Source of the DNA: Cyclobacteriaceae bacterium
Lineage (GTDB): Bacteria; Bacteroidota; Bacteroidia; Cytophagales; Cyclobacteriaceae
Direction: 5' to 3'
Assembly: GCA_044229915.1 (NCBI GenBank)
Contig: JBGASB010000010.1
Coordinates: 11,567-75,566, forward strand
Length of the DNA: 64,000 bases
Both the position numbers and the translations under genes were made by a program. The notes beneath the pieces are model-generated. The model saw only the letters and a program-made list of their open reading frames with translations. It was not told where the DNA came from and searched no databases. Numbering within the stretch: the first letter of the stretch is position 1; each line of letters begins with the position of its first letter. Of this stretch, positions 46,749 to 56,420 are shown piece by piece.

Positions 46749-49700
46749 TTACTTAAACCAGCTTAGTCGTGCGGCTTCAACTTTGTCTCGATACGCACTC
46801 CATTCCTTAAAAAAGAAAGAATCAGTCTGCTCTATAAACTCTTTGGTTAGTTGTTCTGCAATCTCAACACGTTGTACGTCCTGTACTGAAGGTTTGTATA
46901 ATCGAGCTCTTAACGCCTGCTGGGCTTCAGAAATTTTTGATTGTGCTGTCACCTCAAACGATGTCCATGCTCCAATCTGCTTTGCTGGCCGTGAACCGGT
47001 GGCCGAGTCAATAAGTTTTTTTATAGACTCCTTAATAGTATTCGAGCTCTTGCGAAGCACTTCCCCTTCATTCATTTTGCTATCTTTAAGCTGGAGCAAA
47101 ATTTTATCAATCGCCTCATTACTTTCCTTTAATCGGGTAAGGGTCATTGAAAGTCTTTCTACGGTTTTGTCGAGTCGTTTAAGTATTGCATGGTTTGCCT
47201 CTTCAACTTCCTGCGAATAATCGAAACGGGGATCAGGAATCACTTTCACAAAAGTAGAGTCTTTCTTTCCCTGATAACTCAACACAATCTTATAGTTACC
47301 TGGTAATGCTAAAATTCCTTTTGCTTCAGGGTCATCCCACCCGCCCGGTAACTTTGCAATCTTCTCATCCAGTTTCCATGAGATGTAATTAAGTCCGGAA
47401 TCAATTTGTGTCAATGTCAGAGTTTGAATCAACTCATTCTTATCAGTAAACACCTGGCCTGTCACCTGATTCTTATCTGATGATGGGGCCCTCACATAGA
47501 ATGGAATTGTAGCTTCACCAAACGGTCGGTTCTCGCCTTCAAACGTAGTGTTAAAGCCGGTCCAGATATTTCCCGGAGGTGCAATAAAAATTCCTTTCAC
47601 CTGCACCACATCATTTACCGGAAATACTGTAAGATCTTTTGTAATCCCACCAGCGGCTTTTCTCAGCGTGCTGAGATCATCCAAAATCCAAATAGAGCGA
47701 CCGAATGTTCCGATAATCAAAGCTGATTCACTTTCCTGAATAGCCAGGTCCATTGTAGAAACCGATGGAAATCCATTTCTCATTTGCGTCCAACTCTTTC
47801 CTTCATTGATGCTGATCCATAGACCATTTTCTGTTCCAGCAAATAGGAGTTTAGGTTCAACAGGATCTTGAATTACAGTAAGCGCATACCCTTTCACTTT
47901 GGTTGCATCTACCACCCGCTCCCAGGTTTTACCAAAATCTTTTGTGCGATAGATATAAGGATTGAAATCGCCCTTGCGATAATTATTGGCAACCAACCAT
48001 GCTTCCGCCTTATTATATCGCGAAGCTCTGATTTGCGCTATCCAACTTTCTTTGGGTAAACCCTTAATATTCAAAGTAAGATTGCTCCAGGTCTTTCCCC
48101 CGTTCTGAGTGAGTTGAACATTACCATCATCGGTACCAACCCAAATAATCTGACTATCTAACGCGCTGGGTGCGATGCTTAAAATCGAATTGTAGATTTC
48201 CGCTCCCGATGCATCGATGGTCAATCCACCATAATCCTGCTTCTGGTGTGCTGGATTGTTGGTGGTAAGATCCGGAGAAATAATTTGCCATGTAGCCCCC
48301 TTGTCAGTTGTTTTATGAAGGAACTGACTTCCATAATAAGCAACTGAATTATTGTTTAGGTCTTGCGCAAAACCTGCATTCCAATTAAAGCGTAATCGGG
48401 TCTTGAGATCTGGCGCTGGCGGACTAATGCTCTGATAGTAGCCGGTTAGTATATCGTAACGATAAAGATCACCATTCTGTGAAGTTCCATACCCAACTCG
48501 CGAATTAGCTGAATCGGGTGAAATATAAAATCCATCGCCTCCCACTAAATACTGCCAGTATAATGTACGGATTCCACCCCGCTTCCAAACATAACCGGGT
48601 CCAGACCAGTTGCCATTGTCTTGTAAACCCCCATACACACTATAAGGGATATCATTATCCACATTGATGTGATAGAATTGACCTACCGGAATTGATTCGG
48701 GGAAATACCAACTCTTTCCTTTGTCATGTGTGATTCCAATCCCGCCATCACCGCCAATAATAAAGAAGGTAGGATCGTTGGGATCAATCCAGAAAGCATG
48801 AAAATCTGCATGAATGCCTTTTGTTTCATCCGCGGGAATCATCGGTGTTGGATTAAATGTCTTTCCTCCATCATCACTTACTGTAAGAGGTTGATAAATA
48901 TTGTAAAGACGATTTTCATCTTTCGTATCCACTGCAATGTCCTGAAAATAGAAAGGTCGATTGTTTGTAAATCTTGGATTGTCATTGATCATTTCCCAAT
49001 GAAGTCCACCATCATCACTCCGGTACAAAGCGTTTTTAGTTGCTTCTACTTTTGCATAAACTCTGTTAGGATTGCTTCGCGCAATCGCTATGCCGATACG
49101 ACCCAGTTCCCCGGCTGGTAATCCATTTTCAATTCCGAGTTTTTTCCACGTCTTTCCTGCATCATATGTCAGATATAATCCTGAGCCTGGGCCACCTGAA
49201 GTAAAGCTGTACGGAGTTCTGCAATGTTCATACATGGCGACAAATATTTTATTCGGATTAAAGGGATCCATCACCATATCGCCAACTCCAGATTGATTAT
49301 TTGTAAATAAGATTTGCGACCAGGTGACTCCGCCATCCAGAGTTTTGTAAACACCACGATTGTTATCAGGAGTAAACGGATCACCCATCACACCCACGTA
49401 GATAGTATTTGAATTCGAGGGATCAACAATAATCCGGTGTATTGCTTTTGAGTTTTCAAGACCAATTCGTTTCCAGGTCTTTCCAGCATCAAGACTTTTG
49501 AATAATCCTAAACCAAGATTCACAGAGTTGCGCGGGTTCCCTTCGCCCGTACCGACCCAAACTACACTGGGGTTGCTTTGTTGTATTGCAATCGCACCAA
49601 TGTTGATGGTGGGATTCTCATCAAAAATACTCTGCCAGGCACTACCCCCATTTTCAGATTTCCATACGCCACCAGAAGCAGCACCAATATAAATTATTTT

Positions 49701-49862
49701 AGTATTACCCTGCACCACATCAATAGCTGTAATGCGACCACTCATGTTGGCAGGTCCAACATTTCTTATTTTTAACTTGCTAAACAAGTTCGCATCAAAT
49801 TTCTGAGCTATTGAATGATTTACGGCTACTAGTGAGAATACGAAGCACAAGAATCGATTCAT
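46749..49862 (-). CDS. BNR/Asp-box repeat protein, sortilin/VPS10-like double propeller with C-terminal helical tail
   Basis: Signal peptide and at least 10 Asp-box (SxDxGxTW) repeats, for example SLDAGKTWK, TLDGGVTWS, TYDAGKTWK, SDDGGLHWE, TTDKGATWQ, TQNGGKTWS and TKDFGKTWE. The last roughly 200 aa are helix-rich. Confidence 0.8.
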   Translation of the reverse strand: MNRFLCFVFSLVAVNHSIAQKFDANLFSKLKIRNVGPANMSGRITAIDVVQGNTKIIYIGAASGGVWKSENGGSAWQSIFDENPTINIGAIAIQQSNPSVVWVGTGEGNPRNSVNLGLGLFKSLDAGKTWKRIGLENSKAIHRIIVDPSNSNTIYVGVMGDPFTPDNNRGVYKTLDGGVTWSQILFTNNQSGVGDMVMDPFNPNKIFVAMYEHCRTPYSFTSGGPGSGLYLTYDAGKTWKKLGIENGLPAGELGRIGIAIARSNPNRVYAKVEATKNALYRSDDGGLHWEMINDNPRFTNNRPFYFQDIAVDTKDENRLYNIYQPLTVSDDGGKTFNPTPMIPADETKGIHADFHAFWIDPNDPTFFIIGGDGGIGITHDKGKSWYFPESIPVGQFYHINVDNDIPYSVYGGLQDNGNWSGPGYVWKRGGIRTLYWQYLVGGDGFYISPDSANSRVGYGTSQNGDLYRYDILTGYYQSISPPAPDLKTRLRFNWNAGFAQDLNNNSVAYYGSQFLHKTTDKGATWQIISPDLTTNNPAHQKQDYGGLTIDASGAEIYNSILSIAPSALDSQIIWVGTDDGNVQLTQNGGKTWSNLTLNIKGLPKESWIAQIRASRYNKAEAWLVANNYRKGDFNPYIYRTKDFGKTWERVVDATKVKGYALTVIQDPVEPKLLFAGTENGLWISINEGKSWTQMRNGFPSVSTMDLAIQESESALIIGTFGRSIWILDDLSTLRKAAGGITKDLTVFPVNDVVQVKGIFIAPPGNIWTGFNTTFEGENRPFGEATIPFYVRAPSSDKNQVTGQVFTDKNELIQTLTLTQIDSGLNYISWKLDEKIAKLPGGWDDPEAKGILALPGNYKIVLSYQGKKDSTFVKVIPDPRFDYSQEVEEANHAILKRLDKTVERLSMTLTRLKESNEAIDKILLQLKDSKMNEGEVLRKSSNTIKESIKKLIDSATGSRPAKQIGAWTSFEVTAQSKISEAQQALRARLYKPSVQDVQRVEIAEQLTKEFIEQTDSFFFKEWSAYRDKVEAARLSWFK

Positions 49863-49890
49863 ATGATTTGGTGAATGAAGTGATTAATAA

Positions 49891-50202
49891 TTAAATATGG
49901 TACACCCACTCCTTATACTGTCCATCTGTGGGATTAAAGTCCTTACGCTTTTGAAAATGGGTCTCAAGAATTTCAAGTTCTAAGATCCGATCCAATTGCA
50001 AATTCCGATACCCCTCCTTTCCACCCGCTTTTGTAAAGCCTATGGTTTGCCAGCCTACAACCACAATGTGGTTTTTAGAAGTCCGTACCACCCCGTACGG
50101 ATGAATGGTGCGGGTAAGGGGCTCCCCTTCCATTAACACACGGCAAACACACTTCTCTTCAGAAGCCTGCCAAAGGAGTTGCGTTGTTTCTTCTATGGTC
50201 AT
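49891..50202 (-). CDS. hypothetical 103-aa protein, possibly a WYL-like beta-barrel domain
   Basis: Lies 15 nt downstream of selD on the same strand. The pattern CRVLMEGEPLTRTIHPYGVVRTSKNHIVVVGWQ...GYRNLQLDRILELEILETHF resembles the WYL-domain layout (R-x-I-x-P, hydrophobic strand, R-x-(F/L)-x-LDRI). This is a from-memory comparison only. Confidence 0.55.
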   Translation of the reverse strand: MTIEETTQLLWQASEEKCVCRVLMEGEPLTRTIHPYGVVRTSKNHIVVVGWQTIGFTKAGGKEGYRNLQLDRILELEILETHFQKRKDFNPTDGQYKEWVYHI

Positions 50203-50217
50203 GTCTGAGTTCAGGCT

Positions 50218-51249
50218 CTAGATAATTTTTATTGTTACCTCACCCTTCTCCTTTAATCGACCAATAGGTTTAAGCGAAAATCCTTTGCTCTGAGAAAAAA
50301 TCTCAAACGCAGTTGCCTGGGCCTTATCTACGCACACCAATAATCCGCCACTGGTCTGCGGATCGCATAAAGTGAGCAAAGACTCAGCGCCAATGCCTGA
50401 TACCTTCTTATCATAACTTTGCCAGTTGCGCATGGTGTTGTCAGGATATATCATTTTACCTGTATAGTAACTCAGGTTTTTAACCAGCGGAATCCTGGAA
50501 TATTCGATTTCGGCTGAAGTATTACTACCCTCACACACCTCCAATAAATGACCCAGCAATCCAAATCCGGTAACATCCGTCATGGCATTTACGTAAGCCA
50601 GTTTTCCTAACTCAGCACCCAAAGAATTTAATTCTGTCATTATCCGTACCGCTTCTGCAACATCATCAGAATTAGCGAGTCCACGCTTTTGCGCGGTTGT
50701 GATTATCCCTACACCAAGTGGTTTGGTCAGGTATAAAATATCTCCGGGTTTTGCAGTATTGTTTTTCTTTAAGTTCTTCTTTTCCACTGTACCTGTAACG
50801 GCTAGGCCAAAAATCGGCTCCGGGCTGTCAATGCTATGACCCCCTGCCAGGGGTATTCCCGCTTTAGCACAAATATCTCTGCTGCCATCCAAAACTCTTT
50901 GTGCAAGATCTGTTGATAATTTCTCTACGGGCCAACCCAAAATAGCAAGAGCCATAATAGGCTTACCGCCCATTGCATACACATCACTGATTGCATTTAC
51001 AGATGCGATGGAACCAAAGGTAAATGCATCATCCACAATTGGCATAAAAAAATCGGTGGTGCTGATAATACAATTTCCATCGGCCAATTCATACACGGCA
51101 GCATCGTCTTTGGATTCATTTCCTACCAACAAAGCGGGGAAGGTGGCTTTCGGTAAAGCGGAGTGCAGAATTTTATCAAGTACTGCAGGAGCAATTTTAC
51201 AACCACAGCCCGCCCCATGAGAATATTGTGTTAGTTTAATTTCGTCCAT
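50218..51249 (-). CDS. selD: selenide, water dikinase (selenophosphate synthetase), Cys form
   Basis: LTQYSHGAGCGCKIAP N-terminal motif, near identical to E. coli SelD. AIR-synthase-like fold motifs. Confidence 0.92.
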   Translation of the reverse strand: MDEIKLTQYSHGAGCGCKIAPAVLDKILHSALPKATFPALLVGNESKDDAAVYELADGNCIISTTDFFMPIVDDAFTFGSIASVNAISDVYAMGGKPIMALAILGWPVEKLSTDLAQRVLDGSRDICAKAGIPLAGGHSIDSPEPIFGLAVTGTVEKKNLKKNNTAKPGDILYLTKPLGVGIITTAQKRGLANSDDVAEAVRIMTELNSLGAELGKLAYVNAMTDVTGFGLLGHLLEVCEGSNTSAEIEYSRIPLVKNLSYYTGKMIYPDNTMRNWQSYDKKVSGIGAESLLTLCDPQTSGGLLVCVDKAQATAFEIFSQSKGFSLKPIGRLKEKGEVTIKII

Positions 51250-51257
51250 TTCTATTT

Positions 51258-52268
51258 TCAGTTAGCCTCATTTATTAATTTCTTGGCATAAAGTGTACAA
51301 TCCAATCCATCCCATGGCAATGAAAACTTTATCCTCGGCTGCCTTTTATTAATACTCTGCAGGTAAGCTTTGTCATAGTAAGTCAGTAAGATATCAATAA
51401 CAGAAGCCATATCACCCTGAAGCAATTTATCCTTGGCGGAATTAAAATGCTGACCACCTAACTTCTTCACAATCTTACTCATGATAGTCAAAAACTCCTC
51501 CCGATCGGCCGGACCATACTCAGCCACCAATCGGTGTATCCTGACTTCTTTTGTAACGTCCATTTGTACTAAGGGTGCCTGGCTCATAGTTTGCCAGAAT
51601 TCCGGAGGCAGAAAAATTTTACCAATCGCGATGGATTCGTCCTCAACCCAAATTCGTTTGGTTGGATCCAAGGTTAAAATTTCTTCAAAAAGTTCATTTT
51701 GAAATTGCTCTGTTGTGGGTTGGGGTGGCATTAGCAATCCGCCAAAAGCTGACCCTTTGTGATTGGCTAAATTTTCAAGATCAAGAACTTGTTCACCTTG
51801 TGTTTTCAACGCACGCAGCACGTCACTCTTGCCACTTCCGGTACAACCCGTGAGAAGAATCAGATTCATCGGTCGTTTGAAGGATTCGAGTGCCTGATGG
51901 CGATAGGCTTTATATCCCCCCTTGAGTGCACGAGTTTTTATACCAGCCATTCCTACGAACTGGCAAAAATTGTTTGAGCGCATGCCGCCTCGCCAACAAT
52001 GAACCAGCAATTCTTTTGCAGATGCTACTTTCTCTGCTTCATTAATAATATCCAGTAATCGGGGGCCTACCAGCCGAAAGCCTGTTTTAATTGCCTCATA
52101 CTGCCCTTTTTGCTTATAGTCGGTACCAACAGCAATCCGTTCAGCATTATTGAGCAAAGGGATGTTGTTTGCCGTTCGAATATGACCTTCCTCAAATTCG
52201 CTTTCCGACCGAACATCAACAACGGGTAGCTCTTTACGAAGGGAGAGGAATTCTTCTATGGAAACCAT
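51258..52268 (-). CDS. selU: tRNA 2-selenouridine synthase
   Basis: Rhodanese domain with CWRGGMRS, Walker A GCTGSGKS, then HKGSAFG, EDESIAIG and YYDKAY, as in E. coli YbbB/MnmH. Confidence 0.9.
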   Translation of the reverse strand: MVSIEEFLSLRKELPVVDVRSESEFEEGHIRTANNIPLLNNAERIAVGTDYKQKGQYEAIKTGFRLVGPRLLDIINEAEKVASAKELLVHCWRGGMRSNNFCQFVGMAGIKTRALKGGYKAYRHQALESFKRPMNLILLTGCTGSGKSDVLRALKTQGEQVLDLENLANHKGSAFGGLLMPPQPTTEQFQNELFEEILTLDPTKRIWVEDESIAIGKIFLPPEFWQTMSQAPLVQMDVTKEVRIHRLVAEYGPADREEFLTIMSKIVKKLGGQHFNSAKDKLLQGDMASVIDILLTYYDKAYLQSINKRQPRIKFSLPWDGLDCTLYAKKLINEAN

Positions 52269-52315
52269 CGTTCAAAGGTCGCGAACGATAGTCAAGTTAA
52301 CCAAGCCTATGTCAA

Positions 52316-54982
52316 TTAATCATTAAAATTAACCGTGATACTGCTGGAAATGCCTACGCGAAATCCATAATTCAAGTATTGTCCATCGCTGAACCCAGCA
52401 GCAACTTCCAGGCGGAAGACCCTCAGAATTCCATCAATTCCATATCCTACTTCCGTATAGTTTTTAGAAGTGGGAGTTGCCAGGTAATTCACAAAAATAT
52501 TTTCTGTTATTCCCGTTACCCTGATTAAAGGAAACTGTGTGACTAAGAATTTACGAAAGTGATAATGGACATTCGCTGAAAAGTATTGATCAGCCGTACT
52601 GTACTTATAATAATCAAGGAGTCGGAAACTTCCTACTGGATCAGTGGTAACGAACGGACTAAGGTTACCCATAAAATGTTTGTAGTCCATAAAATACATA
52701 TTGTTGGACGTCAAAAATTTTCCGGCTCTTAAAGCAACATCAAATTTACCCCGAATTCCGATATCCATAGTATGCTTAAATCCGAGTTCAACCTGATCAA
52801 AAGTAACTTCACTATCGGCTATACCTGAAAATCCCTTACGGTAATTAAACGTAAGGAGTGGCGATGATCCATCCACCCGCGATTTGTGCCCGTTCCGTAT
52901 TCTGTACTTCTGCCAGGGCAGGGCATCAAAGCTTACTTCGCCCGTAAAGGCATTGTTAGGGCTAAATCCTGTACTTGCCAATTCAAGGTTTACAGGTTCA
53001 TTGGGAGTGTATTCGTCTTTATTACTTTTGAAAAATGTGTAATCACTGGTGTTAAATAATTCTGTGCGTCTCGCCCACGACCAGTTGGTTCGAAATGTGT
53101 ATTTATCATTTATCCGCTGGCTGTAGTTAAGATCTATGAAGTTACGTTCATAAAGCTTCATGTAACTGTCGCCCAGAAAAAGCGAAGTAAAAGTATTTAC
53201 CAAATGATGAATAGGTTCATCAGAGTTAAACTGCTCAACATATTTACCGCCTTCCAGGGTTAGTCGCTTATTCTTAAACCGATAATCAACCCTCAATTTG
53301 CCACTTAGTTTTTCGCGAGAAAATGCGTATCGGGCAATGGGACTGATTTCAAGTCGTGAAGTTTGCGGACGCTTGTCCTTATTCAGGCTATCTTTCTTTA
53401 CCCAACGTTTATAAAAACTAACACGATAAATCAGATTAAATCCTTCCACCGAGTTGAAGCCACCATACGGAGCGTGAATTCGAAAATCTGCGGTTTTACC
53501 AATCCCATAGTTATCCCCAGTAAGTATATCCCACGGTTGAAATCCCTTTTTCCCCTTTTTGGAATTTCTAAGGGTATCCCCCTCATCACGTTTTCGTTGT
53601 ACTTCGGTAATACTATCGTTCACCTGATATCCACGTTTTTCTTCCTGCGTTAATGGTGTAGGTCTTATCTCTGCCCAAAAAGTAGAATCCTTCTTATAAG
53701 CCAATGAGTCAACCGAGTATTTAGTTTCAGAAATTATATCCGGCTCCTTCTGTTCTTTCGTTTCTTCTTTCTCATACTCTCGAATGAGCTGGTTCAATTC
53801 TTTGCGCGTTACTTCCTTGCCATCGCTAAGCCGCTCCTGAATTTGCTGCCCTTTTTTACTAAATTTTTCTTCAACTTTTTTTGCCTCTTCTTTATTAACT
53901 TTTTCATCAATAACCGTCATCTCCAGTTGTAAGTCGGGATTAAGCGTAATCTTATAATCCTTCATGGTAGCCAGGTACTGCCCTTCAAACTCAAATCCAA
54001 ACACCTTTCCATCCACTTTAAATTGCTGCGATACAGGTAGCCAGGCTTTTTCCTCAATTGGATTGTAAAGCTGCTTGATGTGAAAATTGATTCCCATTTT
54101 TGTGGCTGTCAGATCCAAACTATGAATGCTCCACCAGTCTTCCACGATATAAATCAGACCTTCAAAGACATTATCACCCCGTGAACGAGGCGTTACTTTG
54201 ATTTTACTTATATCAAAAGTACGATCGCGAAAAGAGCCAAGGTATTCGAATCGGTAATAAGAAAACGATTTAGGAGATAAAGGTGAAACCGTTTCGGCTA
54301 TTTCGGGTTGATAGAAGCTTCCAAAAATATATGAGTTAGGGGAAGTGTTTTTACTATCGCCATTTGTATAAACCGCAATTACCTTTTCTTCAAACTTATT
54401 GGGTCGTATATATTTGATTTCACTTACTGATTCAGAAATAAAAACCCGGTCTTTCGTAATGCCTTCCTTCTCCAACGCTTTTTTTGCCAGCCAAGGATAA
54501 TCGGTGAGTTGGCCTTTGCCCTTGATATAAACTTTTGCGGAATATGAATCAATCTGCTGTGTGTGAAACTTTGCTTTAGCGATTGCTTTACGCATAATGG
54601 TGTAAGCAGGATCTTCTTTTCCGGCCCTCACAATTACATTCTGTAAAACGACCACCTGAGTTTTCAGCGTGAGGTTAATTTCTAAATAGTCCGTTTCCAC
54701 GTCAACCACCCTGACCACGGATTCATACCCTAAATATTGAAATAGAACATCATACCGGCCTGGGGCCAGTGGCACTTCATACCTGCCCTCAAGATCAGTG
54801 GCACTGCCGGTTCCGGTTTGTTTAATAAAAATAGAGGCATAGGCTAATGGGCCAACATCTTCACCTCTTATAATACCCCGGATACCTCCACCGTGTGCTT
54901 GAATAAAAAGCAATATAAATATTATCGTAAATCCCGTCCTCATCAGTCTCATAGACGCAATCAGTCGTGCAAGGGTTGTCAT
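52316..54982 (-). CDS. CarboxypepD_reg-like domain plus DUF5686-type large outer-membrane-associated protein
   Basis: N-terminal signal/TM segment, then IRGIIRGEDVGPLAYASIFIKQTGTGSATDLEGRYEV (CarboxypepD_reg). The long C-terminal region is beta-rich and ends in an aromatic-rich segment. The family name is recalled from memory. Confidence 0.7.
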   Translation of the reverse strand: MTTLARLIASMRLMRTGFTIIFILLFIQAHGGGIRGIIRGEDVGPLAYASIFIKQTGTGSATDLEGRYEVPLAPGRYDVLFQYLGYESVVRVVDVETDYLEINLTLKTQVVVLQNVIVRAGKEDPAYTIMRKAIAKAKFHTQQIDSYSAKVYIKGKGQLTDYPWLAKKALEKEGITKDRVFISESVSEIKYIRPNKFEEKVIAVYTNGDSKNTSPNSYIFGSFYQPEIAETVSPLSPKSFSYYRFEYLGSFRDRTFDISKIKVTPRSRGDNVFEGLIYIVEDWWSIHSLDLTATKMGINFHIKQLYNPIEEKAWLPVSQQFKVDGKVFGFEFEGQYLATMKDYKITLNPDLQLEMTVIDEKVNKEEAKKVEEKFSKKGQQIQERLSDGKEVTRKELNQLIREYEKEETKEQKEPDIISETKYSVDSLAYKKDSTFWAEIRPTPLTQEEKRGYQVNDSITEVQRKRDEGDTLRNSKKGKKGFQPWDILTGDNYGIGKTADFRIHAPYGGFNSVEGFNLIYRVSFYKRWVKKDSLNKDKRPQTSRLEISPIARYAFSREKLSGKLRVDYRFKNKRLTLEGGKYVEQFNSDEPIHHLVNTFTSLFLGDSYMKLYERNFIDLNYSQRINDKYTFRTNWSWARRTELFNTSDYTFFKSNKDEYTPNEPVNLELASTGFSPNNAFTGEVSFDALPWQKYRIRNGHKSRVDGSSPLLTFNYRKGFSGIADSEVTFDQVELGFKHTMDIGIRGKFDVALRAGKFLTSNNMYFMDYKHFMGNLSPFVTTDPVGSFRLLDYYKYSTADQYFSANVHYHFRKFLVTQFPLIRVTGITENIFVNYLATPTSKNYTEVGYGIDGILRVFRLEVAAGFSDGQYLNYGFRVGISSSITVNFND

Positions 54983-54991
54983 GATTCAGAT

Positions 54992-55576
54992 TTACCTGTA
55001 AAAATCCTTTGACCGGATCATTTGTTCTACCTGTTCTGGAACGAGGTAACGGATTGATTTATTGTTTTTGATACAATTGCGAATATACGTGGCGGAAATA
55101 TCAAGCAAAGGGGCTTCTATCATTTTCACATGCGGATGACGCGTAAACTCAGAATTTGTTACATGCGACCTGGGGTACACATACAAACCAAACTGGTTAA
55201 GGATCTGGTCGTGATTTTTCCATTTCGCGAAATTCTCCAGGTTATCTTCTCCAATAATCACTTTAAACTCTTTGCCGGGAAATTTCTCGGTTAGGTATGC
55301 CAGCGTATGAATCGTGTAACTAGGCTTGGGTAGATTAAATTCCACATCCGATACTTCCAGTTTATAGTGATCGGCAATAGCTGCCTTAACCATATCGTAC
55401 CGGTCAAACTCATGCAACAATCCTTTACTGGGCTTGAACGGATTCTGTGGCGATACTACAAACCAGACTTTATTTAAGTCGGTATTCTCGGCCATGATAT
55501 TGGCAATGATTAAATGACCAATGTGTATGGGATTAAACGACCCAAAAAACAGCCCTATTTTCTGTTGTGTGTTCAT
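54992..55576 (-). CDS. nadD: nicotinate-nucleotide adenylyltransferase
   Basis: GLFFGSFNPIHIGHL (HxGH) and ISATYIR motifs. Confidence 0.9.
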   Translation of the reverse strand: MNTQQKIGLFFGSFNPIHIGHLIIANIMAENTDLNKVWFVVSPQNPFKPSKGLLHEFDRYDMVKAAIADHYKLEVSDVEFNLPKPSYTIHTLAYLTEKFPGKEFKVIIGEDNLENFAKWKNHDQILNQFGLYVYPRSHVTNSEFTRHPHVKMIEAPLLDISATYIRNCIKNNKSIRYLVPEQVEQMIRSKDFYR

Positions 55577-55578
55577 GG

Positions 55579-56151
55579 TTAAGGTCTTGCCTTAAACTGA
55601 TCATAAAGTCTTTGCGCCTCAGCCAACGATTTGTTTAAATCTTCATTTACCAGCACTACATCAAATTTATCCTGAAAGGTCATTTCAAATTTAGCTTTGA
55701 ACAACCTCCGAGAAAGGCTTTCTTCGCTTTCGGTACCACGCTCTTGCAGTCGGGTCTTAAGAATTTCAATGGATGGTACTTTCACAAAAACCGCTAGGGC
55801 TTTTTCTCCAAAATATTTCTTTAGGTTTATACCACCCTTTACATCTACATCGAAGATAACATTCTTGCCGTCCTTCCAGATGCGCTCTATTTCCGTTTTA
55901 AGGGTGCCATAAAAGTTACCTGCATATACTTCTTCCCACTCAATGAACTCATCATTGTCAATTTTTTCCTTAAACTCTTCGGGTGTGAGAAAATGATAAT
56001 CCTTTCCATCCTGTTCAGTGCGTCCCCGTCTGTCGCGGGTGGATGCCGAAATGGAAAAGCCGAGGTCTGAATTATTTTTTAGGAGATGTTTAACGATGGT
56101 TGTTTTTCCGGAACCAGAGGGTGCAGAAAAAATAAGCGCTTTTCCAGCCAT
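55579..56151 (-). CDS. gmk: guanylate kinase
   Basis: [11 protein letters not shown]-loop and [18 protein letters not shown]. Confidence 0.95.
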   Translation of the reverse strand: MAGKALIFSAPSGSGKTTIVKHLLKNNSDLGFSISASTRDRRGRTEQDGKDYHFLTPEEFKEKIDNDEFIEWEEVYAGNFYGTLKTEIERIWKDGKNVIFDVDVKGGINLKKYFGEKALAVFVKVPSIEILKTRLQERGTESEESLSRRLFKAKFEMTFQDKFDVVLVNEDLNKSLAEAQRLYDQFKARP

Positions 56152-56420
56152 CAGGAGGACATATTTTGACTGATCTGAATTTTTATCTGTTCAACCAACT
56201 CTACCGGCACGGGATCACCGCAGCAGCGGGTCTTTAACAATTCCTTTATTGTCATATCAAGACTATAAGACTTAAAGCAGGGCATGCATTTGTCCATATG
56301 CGATTTAAAATATTCCTGCTGCTCTGGGCTCGCCTCTCCATCAAGAATCAACTGAAGCATTTGCATACACGATGGTTTATTTCCATCTGCAAGAATAAAG
56401 GGGTTGTAGAGTTTACTCAT
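56151..56420 (-). CDS. zinc-binding (ZAS, HxxxCxxC) anti-sigma factor, short soluble form
   Basis: SHMDKCMPC is an HxxxCxxC motif. 4-nt overlap with the sigma gene upstream and 1-nt overlap (TGATG) with gmk downstream. Confidence 0.7.
   Translation of the reverse strand: MSKLYNPFILADGNKPSCMQMLQLILDGEASPEQQEYFKSHMDKCMPCFKSYSLDMTIKELLKTRCCGDPVPVELVEQIKIQISQNMSS

Noticed and set aside
50218-51249. Possible selenocysteine recoding (in-frame TGA) in selD or in neighbouring genes
   Set aside because: SelD here has Cys at the active-site position (GAGCGCK). No gene in the window needs a TGA read-through to stay intact. No selA, selB or tRNA-Sec is present in the window.
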